Shown one piece after another: positions 43,493-53,800 of a stretch of 61,750 nucleotides of DNA (positions are counted from its first letter, which is position 1; each line of letters begins with the position of its first letter). The translations under genes were made by a program, and so were the position numbers. The notes under the pieces are model-generated. The model saw only the letters and a list, made by a program, of their open reading frames with translations. It had not been told where the DNA came from and did no database searches. The DNA lies in IMG/VR virus record IMGVR_UViG_3300043219_000435. One strand, 5' to 3'. Source of the DNA: a virus. Lineage: Duplodnaviria > Heunggongvirae > Uroviricota > Caudoviricetes.

Positions 43493-46072
43493 CTATTTTT
43501 TTATTGTCATCATTTCACTCAGTATGTTTCCACGCAAATTAATTTTGCCCCAACCGAGTACGTTAAACATTCTTTGAATAACACTCATGAATGTTTTTTC
43601 AAACTGTATGTCATAATCTATTTTGAATAGATCTTCAAATTCTTTTGGATATGCACCTATAAATGCTATAATATTAGTATTCAATACATTAGTGTCTTTT
43701 ATGTATACATATTTTACTTTAGTTCCATTTCCGGCAACCATATATGGAAAATTATTTGACTTGATAGCATAATTATAACAGATTGCAGCTCTTACATGAA
43801 TTGGTGTTTTCTTTCTGAAACTCAATCCTTTATCAAGGTAATAATCCATAGGTTTGGAATATTTATCATAGCCATTGATACCAGATACAGAACTTATATT
43901 TTCAACCAAGTCTTTCTTAAATTCTTTCTTAATATGTCTTAATGTTTTAAGAGTCATATCTTTATCAAGATTGTCAAATAATTCTTGAATAACATCTTTG
44001 ATATAGCTTCTACTAAATAATGGAGTATCACTTCTTACAACTTCTACACCTTTATATTTAATGGTCGGCTTATCATATACTTTATCTTCATTAGCAAGCA
44101 ATTCAACAATATATTTCTTCTTAGCCAATACGAATTGTTTAGTGATAATTCCTTCACGTTTATATCGAATAAGATTTTTAAGTCCTCTTTGTCTATAAAA
44201 CTTATCAAGAACTTTAGTGAAAAATGGATCAAGAACTTCCTCATCCATCATAGTTGCGAATTCCATAAAATCCATATCAGGAGCATAGTTTTTTCTTATT
44301 TCACTTAAACAGATATAGTTTGAATCTGTATCAATAACACGTACTAATTTGTTTTTCAATGGTTGAGGATTTTCAATAACTGGTAAATGTCTATCATAAA
44401 TCTTATGCCAATAATTCTGAAAATAATAATCAGTCTCACGAGCAAGATGTTTAATAAGCACTCTTCCACCTCTAGTAACTGCTCGTGCATTGTCAACATC
44501 ATAGAAATGGAAGAATTTCGATCCCATCACACCATATAAACTGTTAATCATAATCTTTCTGATCAATTGCATAGAATGATTATAATGTTCCCCTACCGCA
44601 TCCCCATTCTTCTCACATTCAAACATCAATTTTTTAAAATGTTTTCTTTCATTGAAAATCTTCTCAATGATATCAGGGAAAATTCCTTTAACATTTTTCT
44701 TATAATAAACACCATTGATTTCTGTTTTAATCAAATATTTCAAATCTTTATCTTCGGGCTTGATTACTTTAGTTTCTGGCGATATATTATAAGTTATAAT
44801 CATCCATGGATATTCTGATTCAATATCTTCAGATATCATATCTTCATAGAATCCTGGTTCAGCATAACAATAACCACCTTTAATATAAAATGGATCAAAG
44901 GTTTTTTTCTTATCTTCAGTTTTTACGTTCTGTAAATGTCCATCGACTTTAAAATATCCTTCTTCAAGCCACCAATCTCTTGTAACTTCTTTTCTATCAG
45001 GCATAACCATTTTTCTTTTATGGAGATTCCTGAGAATAAATCCTTCTAAAACAGATATTGAACTAAATACTCTTTCAAATGGAATCAATGTTTGATAACA
45101 TATTGTCACAACAAGTTCGATAAACTTTAGTTTTATGTCAAGTTTATCTACAACTACAACATCTTGAATATTATATTCAACAAAAAGATTCCAATCAGTT
45201 TTATAAAGTGTATTGAGAGTACCTTCAAAACCTAATTTACCACCTACTTTTTCAAACATTCCAACCGAATCTAATGAATAGGATGGTAAAGTTTCAAAGG
45301 TGAATTTTTTATATAGTTCCAGGTAATCCAGCTGGGATAAACCGGCTATCATATAGACTTTTTTAATCTCTATTGAACCGTCTTGTTTCCTGGTTCTTTT
45401 TTCAACAAGCTTTACTATTCCGAGTGGAGATAATTTTAATTCTATTCCAGAAGAGGTAAGATTTTTAATTCGATTGATAATGTATTTCATATCGAAATCA
45501 GTTGAGTTCCAACCGGTTACGATATCAAATTTCATGTTTGACCACCATTCTACGAAGGCAGTTAACATTTCCAATTCGTTTTCTATAAAAATATATTTAC
45601 CTAAACCTTTAATCTCTCTTGTAATTTGAGATGTTCCAAAGGTATAGAATTTTTCAGTTATAGAACTTTTGACCGTAATTAAATTTATTGGATATAATGC
45701 TTCGTCAGGTTCTGGAAATTCATCTTCACCAGCAACTTCAATATCGATTTTCGCAGTATGAATGCTACTCATATTAGCTTTCAAATCAACATCTTGATAA
45801 CGCTCTTGTAAGTATTTTATTTCTTCATTTATGTCCGATTCACATATTTTTAATTGAAGATTTTTGATTCTCCTTACATCCATATACTTATTTTTAGTAT
45901 ATTTCTTTATTACAGGAGTACCATAAATATCCTTGTATACAGCAGCACCACTTCTATCTTCCACATAGAAATACTGATTTAAATCTTCTGTTAATTTTAC
46001 AGTCTTATCATTAAAACATTCCCATAAATGGACCTGTTTCGTTTTAGGATTTACAAAAATATTTTTAAACAT
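43493..46072 (-). CDS. 43: family B DNA polymerase (T4 gp43)
   Basis: DIE exonuclease; D..SEYP; RK.MINSLYG; DTDS; KKKY; KGVE.VRS. Confidence 0.96.
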   Translation of the reverse strand: MFKNIFVNPKTKQVHLWECFNDKTVKLTEDLNQYFYVEDRSGAAVYKDIYGTPVIKKYTKNKYMDVRRIKNLQLKICESDINEEIKYLQERYQDVDLKANMSSIHTAKIDIEVAGEDEFPEPDEALYPINLITVKSSITEKFYTFGTSQITREIKGLGKYIFIENELEMLTAFVEWWSNMKFDIVTGWNSTDFDMKYIINRIKNLTSSGIELKLSPLGIVKLVEKRTRKQDGSIEIKKVYMIAGLSQLDYLELYKKFTFETLPSYSLDSVGMFEKVGGKLGFEGTLNTLYKTDWNLFVEYNIQDVVVVDKLDIKLKFIELVVTICYQTLIPFERVFSSISVLEGFILRNLHKRKMVMPDRKEVTRDWWLEEGYFKVDGHLQNVKTEDKKKTFDPFYIKGGYCYAEPGFYEDMISEDIESEYPWMIITYNISPETKVIKPEDKDLKYLIKTEINGVYYKKNVKGIFPDIIEKIFNERKHFKKLMFECEKNGDAVGEHYNHSMQLIRKIMINSLYGVMGSKFFHFYDVDNARAVTRGGRVLIKHLARETDYYFQNYWHKIYDRHLPVIENPQPLKNKLVRVIDTDSNYICLSEIRKNYAPDMDFMEFATMMDEEVLDPFFTKVLDKFYRQRGLKNLIRYKREGIITKQFVLAKKKYIVELLANEDKVYDKPTIKYKGVEVVRSDTPLFSRSYIKDVIQELFDNLDKDMTLKTLRHIKKEFKKDLVENISSVSGINGYDKYSKPMDYYLDKGLSFRKKTPIHVRAAICYNYAIKSNNFPYMVAGNGTKVKYVYIKDTNVLNTNIIAFIGAYPKEFEDLFKIDYDIQFEKTFMSVIQRMFNVLGWGKINLRGNILSEMMTIKK

Positions 46073-46091
46073 AATTTGTCATTGACCGACA

Positions 46092-47003
46092 CTAAGAATA
46101 TATGCTATCTTTTCTCAAGGAAAGACTATTCTCATACACAGAATCACATACCGTATTGATCAATTTATCTGTGTTTGTGAAATCTGTTGCTGGAAAGCCT
46201 GCAGCATATTTGTGACCACCGCCAATCCCTTTTTCTTTTAAAACCTTACCAATATGTATATCATCTAATCTGCTTCGAACTGAAACATTATAGTACTTAT
46301 TAACTACAAACACGACATTGTAACCTTCACTCAATTTCTGATGAGCAATCTCATTAGTAAAACTACTTGCAAACAAAGTTATCGCATTAATAAACGGTAA
46401 AAGTTTATAATTTTGATCTTTCTTCAAATCTTCTGTTAATTGCTTTAGCTTTAATTTATCTTTTTCGATAATATGTAAGTCTTTAGGTGAGAACTCTTTA
46501 AGCCCACTAAAAAATCTTCGCTTGAATGTTATAGGTTTATAATTATAAAATAAACGAGCGAGATCTTTGCTTCCTGGACATACTTCAGTCCACATATCAT
46601 AATCGTCAACTAAAGTGATTAAAGTATCTAGATAATCTATATTTGCACCATTATTTGTCAAAAAATTCCTCAGCATAGAAGCACTACACATATCTTTAAC
46701 AATAAATTTATCATTAGAAGAATCATGCAAGTCTTGACAGGTATCATGATGATCAATTAGAATTATTTTATCATAATTTAATTGGTATGCTAAGTTGTTT
46801 GATTTAGGACTTATATCAGTAATGAATACATAGTCATATTTGTCAAAATCAATTTTATTAAGGATATCGTTGATAGTATTATGTGATGCTGTCACATAAG
46901 TAATACCTCGTTTATCAAACACATTTCCTATGATAATTTGACAAGTAACACCATCCATATCACCATCAGATATACTTAATACTTTACTACGATACATGAA
47001 CAT
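46092..47003 (-). CDS. DHH-family phosphoesterase (RecJ-like)
   Basis: D.DMDG, IDHH, DDYDMW, GGGHKYAAG. Confidence 0.85.
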   Translation of the reverse strand: MFMYRSKVLSISDGDMDGVTCQIIIGNVFDKRGITYVTASHNTINDILNKIDFDKYDYVFITDISPKSNNLAYQLNYDKIILIDHHDTCQDLHDSSNDKFIVKDMCSASMLRNFLTNNGANIDYLDTLITLVDDYDMWTEVCPGSKDLARLFYNYKPITFKRRFFSGLKEFSPKDLHIIEKDKLKLKQLTEDLKKDQNYKLLPFINAITLFASSFTNEIAHQKLSEGYNVVFVVNKYYNVSVRSRLDDIHIGKVLKEKGIGGGHKYAAGFPATDFTNTDKLINTVCDSVYENSLSLRKDSIYS

Positions 47004-47006
47004 AAA

Positions 47007-47065
47007 TTGACTTCAGTTAATATTTTTTATATACTGATTATATCATTAATATTAACTGAAGTCAA
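47007..47065. promoter_or_regulatory. overlapping convergent sigma70 promoters built on inverted ACTTCAGTT motifs
   Basis: Plus TTGACT-17-TATACT (47007-47035); minus TTGACT-17-TATAAT (47065-47037). Confidence 0.7.
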
Positions 47066-47072
47066 GAATTAA

Positions 47073-48341
47073 TTAAAATACATTAATTAATCTGTCAATA
47101 TATTGTTTCGATTCTAGGTATCTTCCTTCATTTTCCATCTTCTCATATTGCAGTCTTCTAACTCTATTAAAATTATTAGGTTCACAATGTTTTTTGATTA
47201 AAACATCAATATCTTCAACTGTACAATCTTCAGGAAGAGTGAGAAAACAATGATCATATGGTGATGAAGATCCATCAGTAAAGGTTGTACCAATAGCTAA
47301 TGATCCATCAGCAGAATGTTCTAAGAATTTGAGATCACTTTTTGCTCTATTGAAATTATTTCTTACGAGAGGCATAATACCAAAATCTGCATTTTCAGCT
47401 CTAACAACATTAGGATATTGATAAGAATTAACCCAGCCATGAACTTTTATTTTATCTTTGATAGGCTCAAGGAACCATGGAAGACCGCCAAATACTGCGA
47501 ATTCAATTTCATCATTCTTAACAGCTTTAAGAACCCATTCTTTCCAGGCATTATCCCAATCACCAAGCAATTTTTCTCCATTAGAATAATGTGTTGGTGA
47601 ACCAGTATAAATCACTTTTGGTTTCTTAATAGTTTCTGTAATATCGTCTTTTCTTTTGTAACCCCAAAAGTATTTAGGAACACAATTCGGAACAACTGTT
47701 ATAGGAGTTTTAATACCCAATTCATTTTGATAATAATCTTTTAAGAATGTAGTAGATACTATTACAAGATCCATTAATTTCATAATTTCAACAGAAGCTT
47801 CTTTAATTTCTATTGAAATTCCTTTACTACCAAAATTATAAGACGGTACTCCGTCTTCAACATTACCATCTTGATTTTCATTAAATCCATGAATATGATC
47901 ATCCATTTCCCAAATCATTTTATATTTGAATTGTGCTTGATGTTGTTTATATTGTTTTATAACTTTAAGATGATCAGGTGTCATTTGACGTTGAAAAAAA
48001 AGTGATCTTGCTCTTGCAAGAATATCATTTTGATAAATGAATGTAGGTGATAAGATCATATTCATTTGACCTGTTTTACCAAATACAGAATTAAGGTAGG
48101 TCAGCCAAAAAACATTTCTTATATGACCACATCCACTAGAATCACTCATAAAAGAAAGTACAATATTCTTTTTAACTTTAACAGCGCCAGGAGGCAATTT
48201 TTCTTGTGATGCACCTGCAGGGTTTTGTGATTGTGCTTGAAGCTGTTTTTGAAACACTTCTAAACTTTGTTGTGCATTAGGTTGAGATGCAGCTTTTAAT
48301 TGTTTTTCAAATTCATTAAGGTTGCTTGTACTCATATACAA
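47073..48341 (-). CDS. glycosyltransferase (GT-B-like)
   Basis: SGCGHIR, FQRQ, WEMDD, V.VST..L, VPN, GS.TH, PL..N.FN..KS..K.LE. Confidence 0.78.
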   Translation of the reverse strand: MYMSTSNLNEFEKQLKAASQPNAQQSLEVFQKQLQAQSQNPAGASQEKLPPGAVKVKKNIVLSFMSDSSGCGHIRNVFWLTYLNSVFGKTGQMNMILSPTFIYQNDILARARSLFFQRQMTPDHLKVIKQYKQHQAQFKYKMIWEMDDHIHGFNENQDGNVEDGVPSYNFGSKGISIEIKEASVEIMKLMDLVIVSTTFLKDYYQNELGIKTPITVVPNCVPKYFWGYKRKDDITETIKKPKVIYTGSPTHYSNGEKLLGDWDNAWKEWVLKAVKNDEIEFAVFGGLPWFLEPIKDKIKVHGWVNSYQYPNVVRAENADFGIMPLVRNNFNRAKSDLKFLEHSADGSLAIGTTFTDGSSSPYDHCFLTLPEDCTVEDIDVLIKKHCEPNNFNRVRRLQYEKMENEGRYLESKQYIDRLINVF

Positions 48342-49384
48342 ATCTCCTTTTCATTGTGTAATTCGGCATATACTTCTTTTATATTGTCGTACACATCTTG
48401 TTTATCATTCATTTCTATTTCATCGAGATATTCATTTATCATTTCTAGTAGATCTACAGTTTTGTATTCACTATCAATATTTTCAACTGAAGTTGTTCTA
48501 TTGATAGATAGAGGAAGAGCAGGTTTATATTTATCACAAGTATTAATATATTCTTCAATTTCTTCTTCTTTAAAATTCAAATCATGGTTGATATCTAGTT
48601 TAATTATATTTCCCTGAATATCTTTTTTATAAAGTGGTTCTGGATATTTAATAGTCTTAAATACCAAGGACTTATTGTTATTTATATATTCATAATCGAG
48701 TGTATCCATATCCAAAATACAGAAACCTCTATCATCACCTTCATCAGCAAATGTCAATTGATAAGGATTGCCGATGTACTCAATCTTTCGATCAGTTCTC
48801 TCTAAATTACTTCTTGTATGAAAATGACCAGAGAACACCAATTTATAGTTATTGAACAAAATCTCAGAATCTAACCCATTCTCATTCACTCTCTTGTTGT
48901 TTAGCTTAAAACCAACTACAGGTAAATGGCCCATCATCACATCACAAAAAATATTATTATTTGCCACACGAGTTTTGAAAGCTTCATTGTCACACTGCCA
49001 TGGAACAAGTAAAACTTTACGGTCTGCAATCTTCAATAATTTGATATCATCTATTACATCAATATTATCATACTTTTTTAGAAATTTTAATGAGTGAGTA
49101 TCAATTGTATTCTTATAATATGAATCGTGATTACCAACAAGTATTGTTATCTTAAAACTTTTCAACTCATTTTCAAATAAATCAATTATGATGTTTTTAA
49201 TACGTATATTAATATTTGATCTATTATCCCAGAAATCACCAAGATGAAATATCCTGGTGATATTGTTTTCTTTTAAATAAGGAATAAAAACTTTTTTGAA
49301 AAACTTTAGTTGTGATTTTAAAAATATATCTGAATTTCCGTGTACCCCAAAATGAGTATCAGATATAAGTGCTACTTTAGCCAT
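48332..49384 (-). CDS. 47: recombination nuclease subunit (T4 gp47, Mre11/SbcD-like)
   Basis: SDTHFG, LGD..D.R, GNHD, SGHFH, GNPYQ. Confidence 0.93.
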   Translation of the reverse strand: MAKVALISDTHFGVHGNSDIFLKSQLKFFKKVFIPYLKENNITRIFHLGDFWDNRSNINIRIKNIIIDLFENELKSFKITILVGNHDSYYKNTIDTHSLKFLKKYDNIDVIDDIKLLKIADRKVLLVPWQCDNEAFKTRVANNNIFCDVMMGHLPVVGFKLNNKRVNENGLDSEILFNNYKLVFSGHFHTRSNLERTDRKIEYIGNPYQLTFADEGDDRGFCILDMDTLDYEYINNNKSLVFKTIKYPEPLYKKDIQGNIIKLDINHDLNFKEEEIEEYINTCDKYKPALPLSINRTTSVENIDSEYKTVDLLEMINEYLDEIEMNDKQDVYDNIKEVYAELHNEKEICI

Positions 49385-49394
49385 AGATTCTCCG

Positions 49395-49736
49395 TTATTT
49401 CTTTTGATTTTTTAAAAAGAACTTACAATATTTTACAACTGCTTCTTCATTATGTCTTGATTGAAGTATTGCGTCAGTGTTTGAATTTATTTTTGATATT
49501 GCTTCTTGTATTTCTTTAGATGGTGATATTAGTTCAAATTCATTTTCTTCTTCATGCTTATTATATTCTATCCATTCTTTACAGTCTTTATTTGAACAAA
49601 TGGTATAAAAATTATCAATATCACATGTTGGAACCGTAGATAACATGCATTCAAGATCTTTAGTTTGAAATCCCTTTACTTTTTCATTACATATCGGACA
49701 TTTAGTCTCAAATCGTACCCAATCAAACATTCCCAT
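49395..49736 (-). CDS. Zn-ribbon protein with shared C-terminal motif
   Basis: MGMFD...CP.C...FQTKD; AILQSRH. Confidence 0.7.
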   Translation of the reverse strand: MGMFDWVRFETKCPICNEKVKGFQTKDLECMLSTVPTCDIDNFYTICSNKDCKEWIEYNKHEEENEFELISPSKEIQEAISKINSNTDAILQSRHNEEAVVKYCKFFLKNQKK

Positions 49737-50163
49737 CTAATTCACCTGTTTTTAAATAGTTCCAACAAACATTTCTTATATTTTTACTTTTATGTTTAGT
49801 GTATAATATAGCTACGCCTTTATTATCAATAAACCTATTAGCCATATAACTGACTAATCTCTTATATGGATATTCATCAAAATCAATATCATCAAAATCA
49901 TTTAAACTGTTAGATTCTGACATTTTTTTAATCAATTTTTTAGTAAGTGTATCTATTTTGTAATATTTCTTATTAGGAGTATCTAATGTGATTTTATAAT
50001 GAAAAACAAAATCACATTCCTCACATTGTACAACTCTTACTAGCCATTTATTAGTACTCAACACAAATGAGTTATGGTCAATATTAAGTTCATCAGTTGT
50101 AGTAATTTTACATAAATCACAATGATGAGTTATTTTGTTTTTTTTAACATCAACAATTATCAT
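49723..50163 (-). CDS. Zn-ribbon protein with shared C-terminal motif
   Basis: CDLC...CEEC; AILYTKHKSKNIRNVCWNYLK. Confidence 0.7.
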   Translation of the reverse strand: MIIVDVKKNKITHHCDLCKITTTDELNIDHNSFVLSTNKWLVRVVQCEECDFVFHYKITLDTPNKKYYKIDTLTKKLIKKMSESNSLNDFDDIDFDEYPYKRLVSYMANRFIDNKGVAILYTKHKSKNIRNVCWNYLKTGELDGNV

Positions 50164-50342
50164 GATAAACTAATGGATACATTTTCAAGTAACCATGCTA
50201 TTATTTCAAATAATTTCCAAATTCCAAGTATTGATAAAGGTATCATTGCAATAAAACAAAATACCAACCCTTGAATTGCATCACCAACAGCTTCTAACAT
50301 ATAATCACTCCAACCAATCTTTTTTTTCATTGTTTCTTTCAT
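50160..50342 (-). CDS. small membrane protein
   Basis: Hydrophobic segment. Confidence 0.5.
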   Translation of the reverse strand: MKETMKKKIGWSDYMLEAVGDAIQGLVFCFIAMIPLSILGIWKLFEIIAWLLENVSISLS

Positions 50343-50826
50343 CTATTAATGCCATTATTCTTTTAATATCTGGAACTTCAGTTGGCTTGAGATGATTATC
50401 CTTTTTAAGAAAGTTCCAACAAAAATCTCTTACTTTTTTACTCTTATGTTTTGTATGTACTATTGCATCAGCATTAGTAGTGATGCAATAGTTTAATACA
50501 AATTCTGTCCAATCAGATTTATCATGATCTAAATAATTGAATTCTGAAAAAGTTTTTTTCTCCATCATTTTATCAATAACACCATACGTCTCTTGGTTTA
50601 TTTTATAATAACCATCAGAATTATCAATATATTGCAAATCCATACTAACAACACAAAAACAATTAGGGCATTTTTCTTTAAAGAAGAAATTAAAGTTAAT
50701 GAAACTCTGTGCATTTGTACTGAATTGTACTTTAGTTTCTTCATCACAACATGGACAATTGAAAACTAAAGAACCATCTTTATTTTTAATACACCCGTGA
50801 TATTCTAATTTCTTTGTATCTTCCAT
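50305..50826 (-). CDS. Zn-ribbon protein with shared C-terminal motif
   Basis: CPCC...CPNC; AIVHTKHKSKKVRDFCWNFLK. Confidence 0.7.
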   Translation of the reverse strand: MEDTKKLEYHGCIKNKDGSLVFNCPCCDEETKVQFSTNAQSFINFNFFFKEKCPNCFCVVSMDLQYIDNSDGYYKINQETYGVIDKMMEKKTFSEFNYLDHDKSDWTEFVLNYCITTNADAIVHTKHKSKKVRDFCWNFLKKDNHLKPTEVPDIKRIMALIDERNNEKKDWLE

Positions 50827-50922
50827 ATTAATTACACAGTTTAATGATTTCCTCAAATAAAAATATATATCCATCAATTGTCATAGCAAGTAGTAGACAA
50901 ACCAAGATAAATAAAAGAGGTC

Positions 50923-51477
50923 TTAACATTCCCAATCGTCCAATATTATTACATTATCAGATCTATCAAGATTTTCGATATAAAACAGAGATGTGAACTT
51001 AGTCATGTTCTTATTTGTTTTATTGATATTCTGTAAGAAGGCATTAAATGCTATTTGAGTAAAATAAGCAAATGGATTACTTCTTGTAGTATCATATCTA
51101 TCAATGTAAATGCACATGAAATACGTTCCATCACTTATCATTGTATCTTTACGTAACGGATCATAGTTGATAAAGTTTGGTTTTTTTAAAATTCCGTCAC
51201 ATATTAGTAAGAAAAAACGACCTAATCTATTTTTAAGTTTATCAAGTTTTTTTATTCTATCAGTTTTTTCGTCTTCAGATTCAGAATCAATTAACATTTT
51301 TCTCTGTTCAAGTAATTCTTTTCGATATTTAACAAAGTTTTCATCAGAATCATTTTTAATTTTTTTCTTTAAAAACCAATCAGATGTATCATAATTAAGT
51401 TCCTGATATTCTTTTAACATTTTTAAAAATTCTTCATTATTAACATAATCTTTTCTAATCTTTTTTTCTTTTGCCAT
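50923..51477 (-). CDS. 55: late-transcription sigma factor (T4 gp55)
   Basis: YVNNEEFL; I...I..KPNFINY...MISDG...NPFAYFTQI..NAF. Confidence 0.92.
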   Translation of the reverse strand: MAKEKKIRKDYVNNEEFLKMLKEYQELNYDTSDWFLKKKIKNDSDENFVKYRKELLEQRKMLIDSESEDEKTDRIKKLDKLKNRLGRFFLLICDGILKKPNFINYDPLRKDTMISDGTYFMCIYIDRYDTTRSNPFAYFTQIAFNAFLQNINKTNKNMTKFTSLFYIENLDRSDNVIILDDWEC

Positions 51478-51487
51478 TTTACACCTC

Positions 51488-53236
51488 TCAAGTCTCTTCT
51501 CTTATTAAAGAGAAACCATTGCTCTTCTCAATACGAAGTTTTTTTGAGAAGAAATCTTTGCTATGTAATCTGTGAGATATTACATATACACATAGATTTG
51601 AATTTTTATCCACTAAATTCTGTAAGGATTCTAATATCTGTACTAAACCTTCATGATCGGTTGATGAATCTAGTACTTCATCCAGGAATAAGATATTGCA
51701 TCTCCAATTAGCTATATCTTTCATTATTTGAATAAAACTGAACATAACGCTTAAATCAATACGTTTTTGTTCACCAGCACTAAATGTGCCGTAACTAATC
51801 TGTTTCTTATTGATAATATTCTGGATATTCTCAACCATTGTTTCATCAAACTTTAATGATACCGGCAATGAGAACAAATTCAAATATTCATTTATTTTTA
51901 CATTTAAGTTCGGAAGGAATTTCTTATACAAATAAGATTTTATTCCATTGTCAGATAATACTTCAATCGATTTATTGTTGATTTCTATATCTTTCAATAA
52001 TTTTTTGTTATTAGTATCGAGTGTTTCAAGTATTACTTTTTTACCTTCAGCATCACCCAATAATGAATCTATATCAATATCATATACTGCACATGCTTCT
52101 TTTGTATATGCTTCTTTAAGTGACTTCAGTTTGTCTTTATAATTGTTTTCGTCTGCATCTATTTTTATAAAGACTTTTTCTACTTTAGTTAATTGATCTT
52201 TTTTCTTATTTTCATCATCGATTAATGATTTATTATCAATTAATTTTGATTCTAAATCTTTAATATTATCTTGAAATTCGATAATTTCAGATTGATAAGT
52301 ATTGATATGATTTTTTTTATGTGATTCAGTTAAATGCGATTTACAATTAGGACAGTTATCGTTATCATTTAACAATGATATTGCTTCTTTATTGTTTTTA
52401 ATCTTCATATTATCAACAATAATATCTGATGATAAGTTATGTCTTTCTTCAATCAAGAGTTTGAGATCCAGGAATTCTAGATTTTCGATAATAGCTTTGC
52501 CTTTATCTCTTCCTTTACAACATTTCACAAGCTGCTTTTCACATTCATCAATATTTTTTTGAATAGCATTTAATTTCTTTTCTTTTTCATCATTGAAATT
52601 CTTTTCAATGGATTTGAGCTTTTCAATATATTTTTCTAAATTCTCAATCTCTGATTCAGTAGCGTTATAAGAAGTTCTGCTTAGCTTATAATCAACATCT
52701 ATTCCTTTTTGCCTGTTCTTGATCTCAGCCAATATCTTAGATACAATGCTGATCTGGAATATATTTTCGAATAGATTCCGTTTATCGTTTTTGGGTAGGA
52801 GTAGAAATGGTTTATTATAATTTACTGCTAAACAAATTACTTCTTTAAATAACGTGTAATCAATTGCGAGTATATTATTGATTTCTGCTTGGACTCTGGC
52901 TGTAGATGGCAATTCATCTTGCTCTACATTATTCTTCCATATTTTTAAAATCTTCGGCTTGATGCCACGTTCTATTTTATACGTATCACCATTGGCAATA
53001 AATTCTACCTCAGTATAAAGGTTTCCTTTATTTTTACGATTTATCAGCTCTTCCAATTTTATCTTTCGATATGGTTGACCAAATAAACCAAATGACAGGG
53101 CATCCAGTATAGAACTTTTGCCCTGCCCATTCATACCAATAATTTGATTCAAACCGGAACTAAAATCAACAACAGTCAGATTATTCCCATAAGAGAGAAT
53201 ATTCTTAAACTTCAAATTAAGAAAATCAACAAACAT
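51488..53236 (-). CDS. 46: recombination ATPase (T4 gp46, Rad50/SbcC-like)
   Basis: G.NGQGKS, CPNC hook, FSAGEQKR, LDEVLD, ISH. Confidence 0.94.
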   Translation of the reverse strand: MFVDFLNLKFKNILSYGNNLTVVDFSSGLNQIIGMNGQGKSSILDALSFGLFGQPYRKIKLEELINRKNKGNLYTEVEFIANGDTYKIERGIKPKILKIWKNNVEQDELPSTARVQAEINNILAIDYTLFKEVICLAVNYNKPFLLLPKNDKRNLFENIFQISIVSKILAEIKNRQKGIDVDYKLSRTSYNATESEIENLEKYIEKLKSIEKNFNDEKEKKLNAIQKNIDECEKQLVKCCKGRDKGKAIIENLEFLDLKLLIEERHNLSSDIIVDNMKIKNNKEAISLLNDNDNCPNCKSHLTESHKKNHINTYQSEIIEFQDNIKDLESKLIDNKSLIDDENKKKDQLTKVEKVFIKIDADENNYKDKLKSLKEAYTKEACAVYDIDIDSLLGDAEGKKVILETLDTNNKKLLKDIEINNKSIEVLSDNGIKSYLYKKFLPNLNVKINEYLNLFSLPVSLKFDETMVENIQNIINKKQISYGTFSAGEQKRIDLSVMFSFIQIMKDIANWRCNILFLDEVLDSSTDHEGLVQILESLQNLVDKNSNLCVYVISHRLHSKDFFSKKLRIEKSNGFSLIREET

Positions 53237-53496
53237 AAAACTCACAATAATTTATTTTGAACTCAAAGATTTTTGCTATGCTCAAGGTTTATTCGAATGT
53301 TGATTTACCTATTCCGAACTCTTCATTCAGAATGATTCAACTAGTGAACTCGATACGAGTTATCTTACCCTGGAAACATCTTACATCAATAAAAGTCTTT
53401 CCTATAGAGGCAGTTATCAATATATTACTCTTCGTAATATTAACTGGTCAATTATGGATATGAACATTTATTAACACAAGTGCTTATCTTTTAATG

Positions 53497-53525
53497 ATTA
53501 TACCGAACTATTATGAAAAAGTCAA
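53497..53525 (-). promoter_or_regulatory. leftward sigma70 promoter for the replication module
   Basis: TTGACT-17-TATAAT. Confidence 0.78.
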
Positions 53526-53593
53526 TCAAATTCTGTAAATATGTATAATATATTTACAAGTGTGTTGAAAATCACTTCAGTTAATATTTTTTA

Positions 53594-53622
53594 TTGACTA
53601 TCAATACAATTTATGATATAAT
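53594..53622 (+). promoter_or_regulatory. rightward sigma70 promoter for the polymerase-like gene and uvsY
   Basis: TTGACT-17-TATAAT, ACTTCAGTT upstream. Confidence 0.78.
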
Positions 53623-53761
53623 TAATTTTAGCGTATGAATGCGCCTGAGAGACGAAGTAATTTAATGGAATACTTTGTCGTTTTACCACATAAAGTAGCT
53701 CAAACGGCTTGAAAACGGGATAATACGATAATTATAATGATGTATTATAAATACATGAAAC

Positions 53762-53800
53762 ACAAAAAGAAAAAGCCAGACTGTACAAGAGTCCGGCTTC
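53762..53800 (-). terminator. minus-strand terminator-like hairpin upstream of the polymerase-like gene
   Basis: GCCGGACT/AGTCTGGC plus TTTTTCTTTTT. Confidence 0.6.

Noticed and set aside
34112-46072. Inteins or group I introns in nrdJ, gene 41 or gene 43
   Set aside because: ORFs are uninterrupted, of normal length and lack splice motifs
53257-53463. 68-aa plus-strand ORF in the switch region
   Set aside because: TTG start, no SD or upstream promoter, and it runs against the leftward transcript
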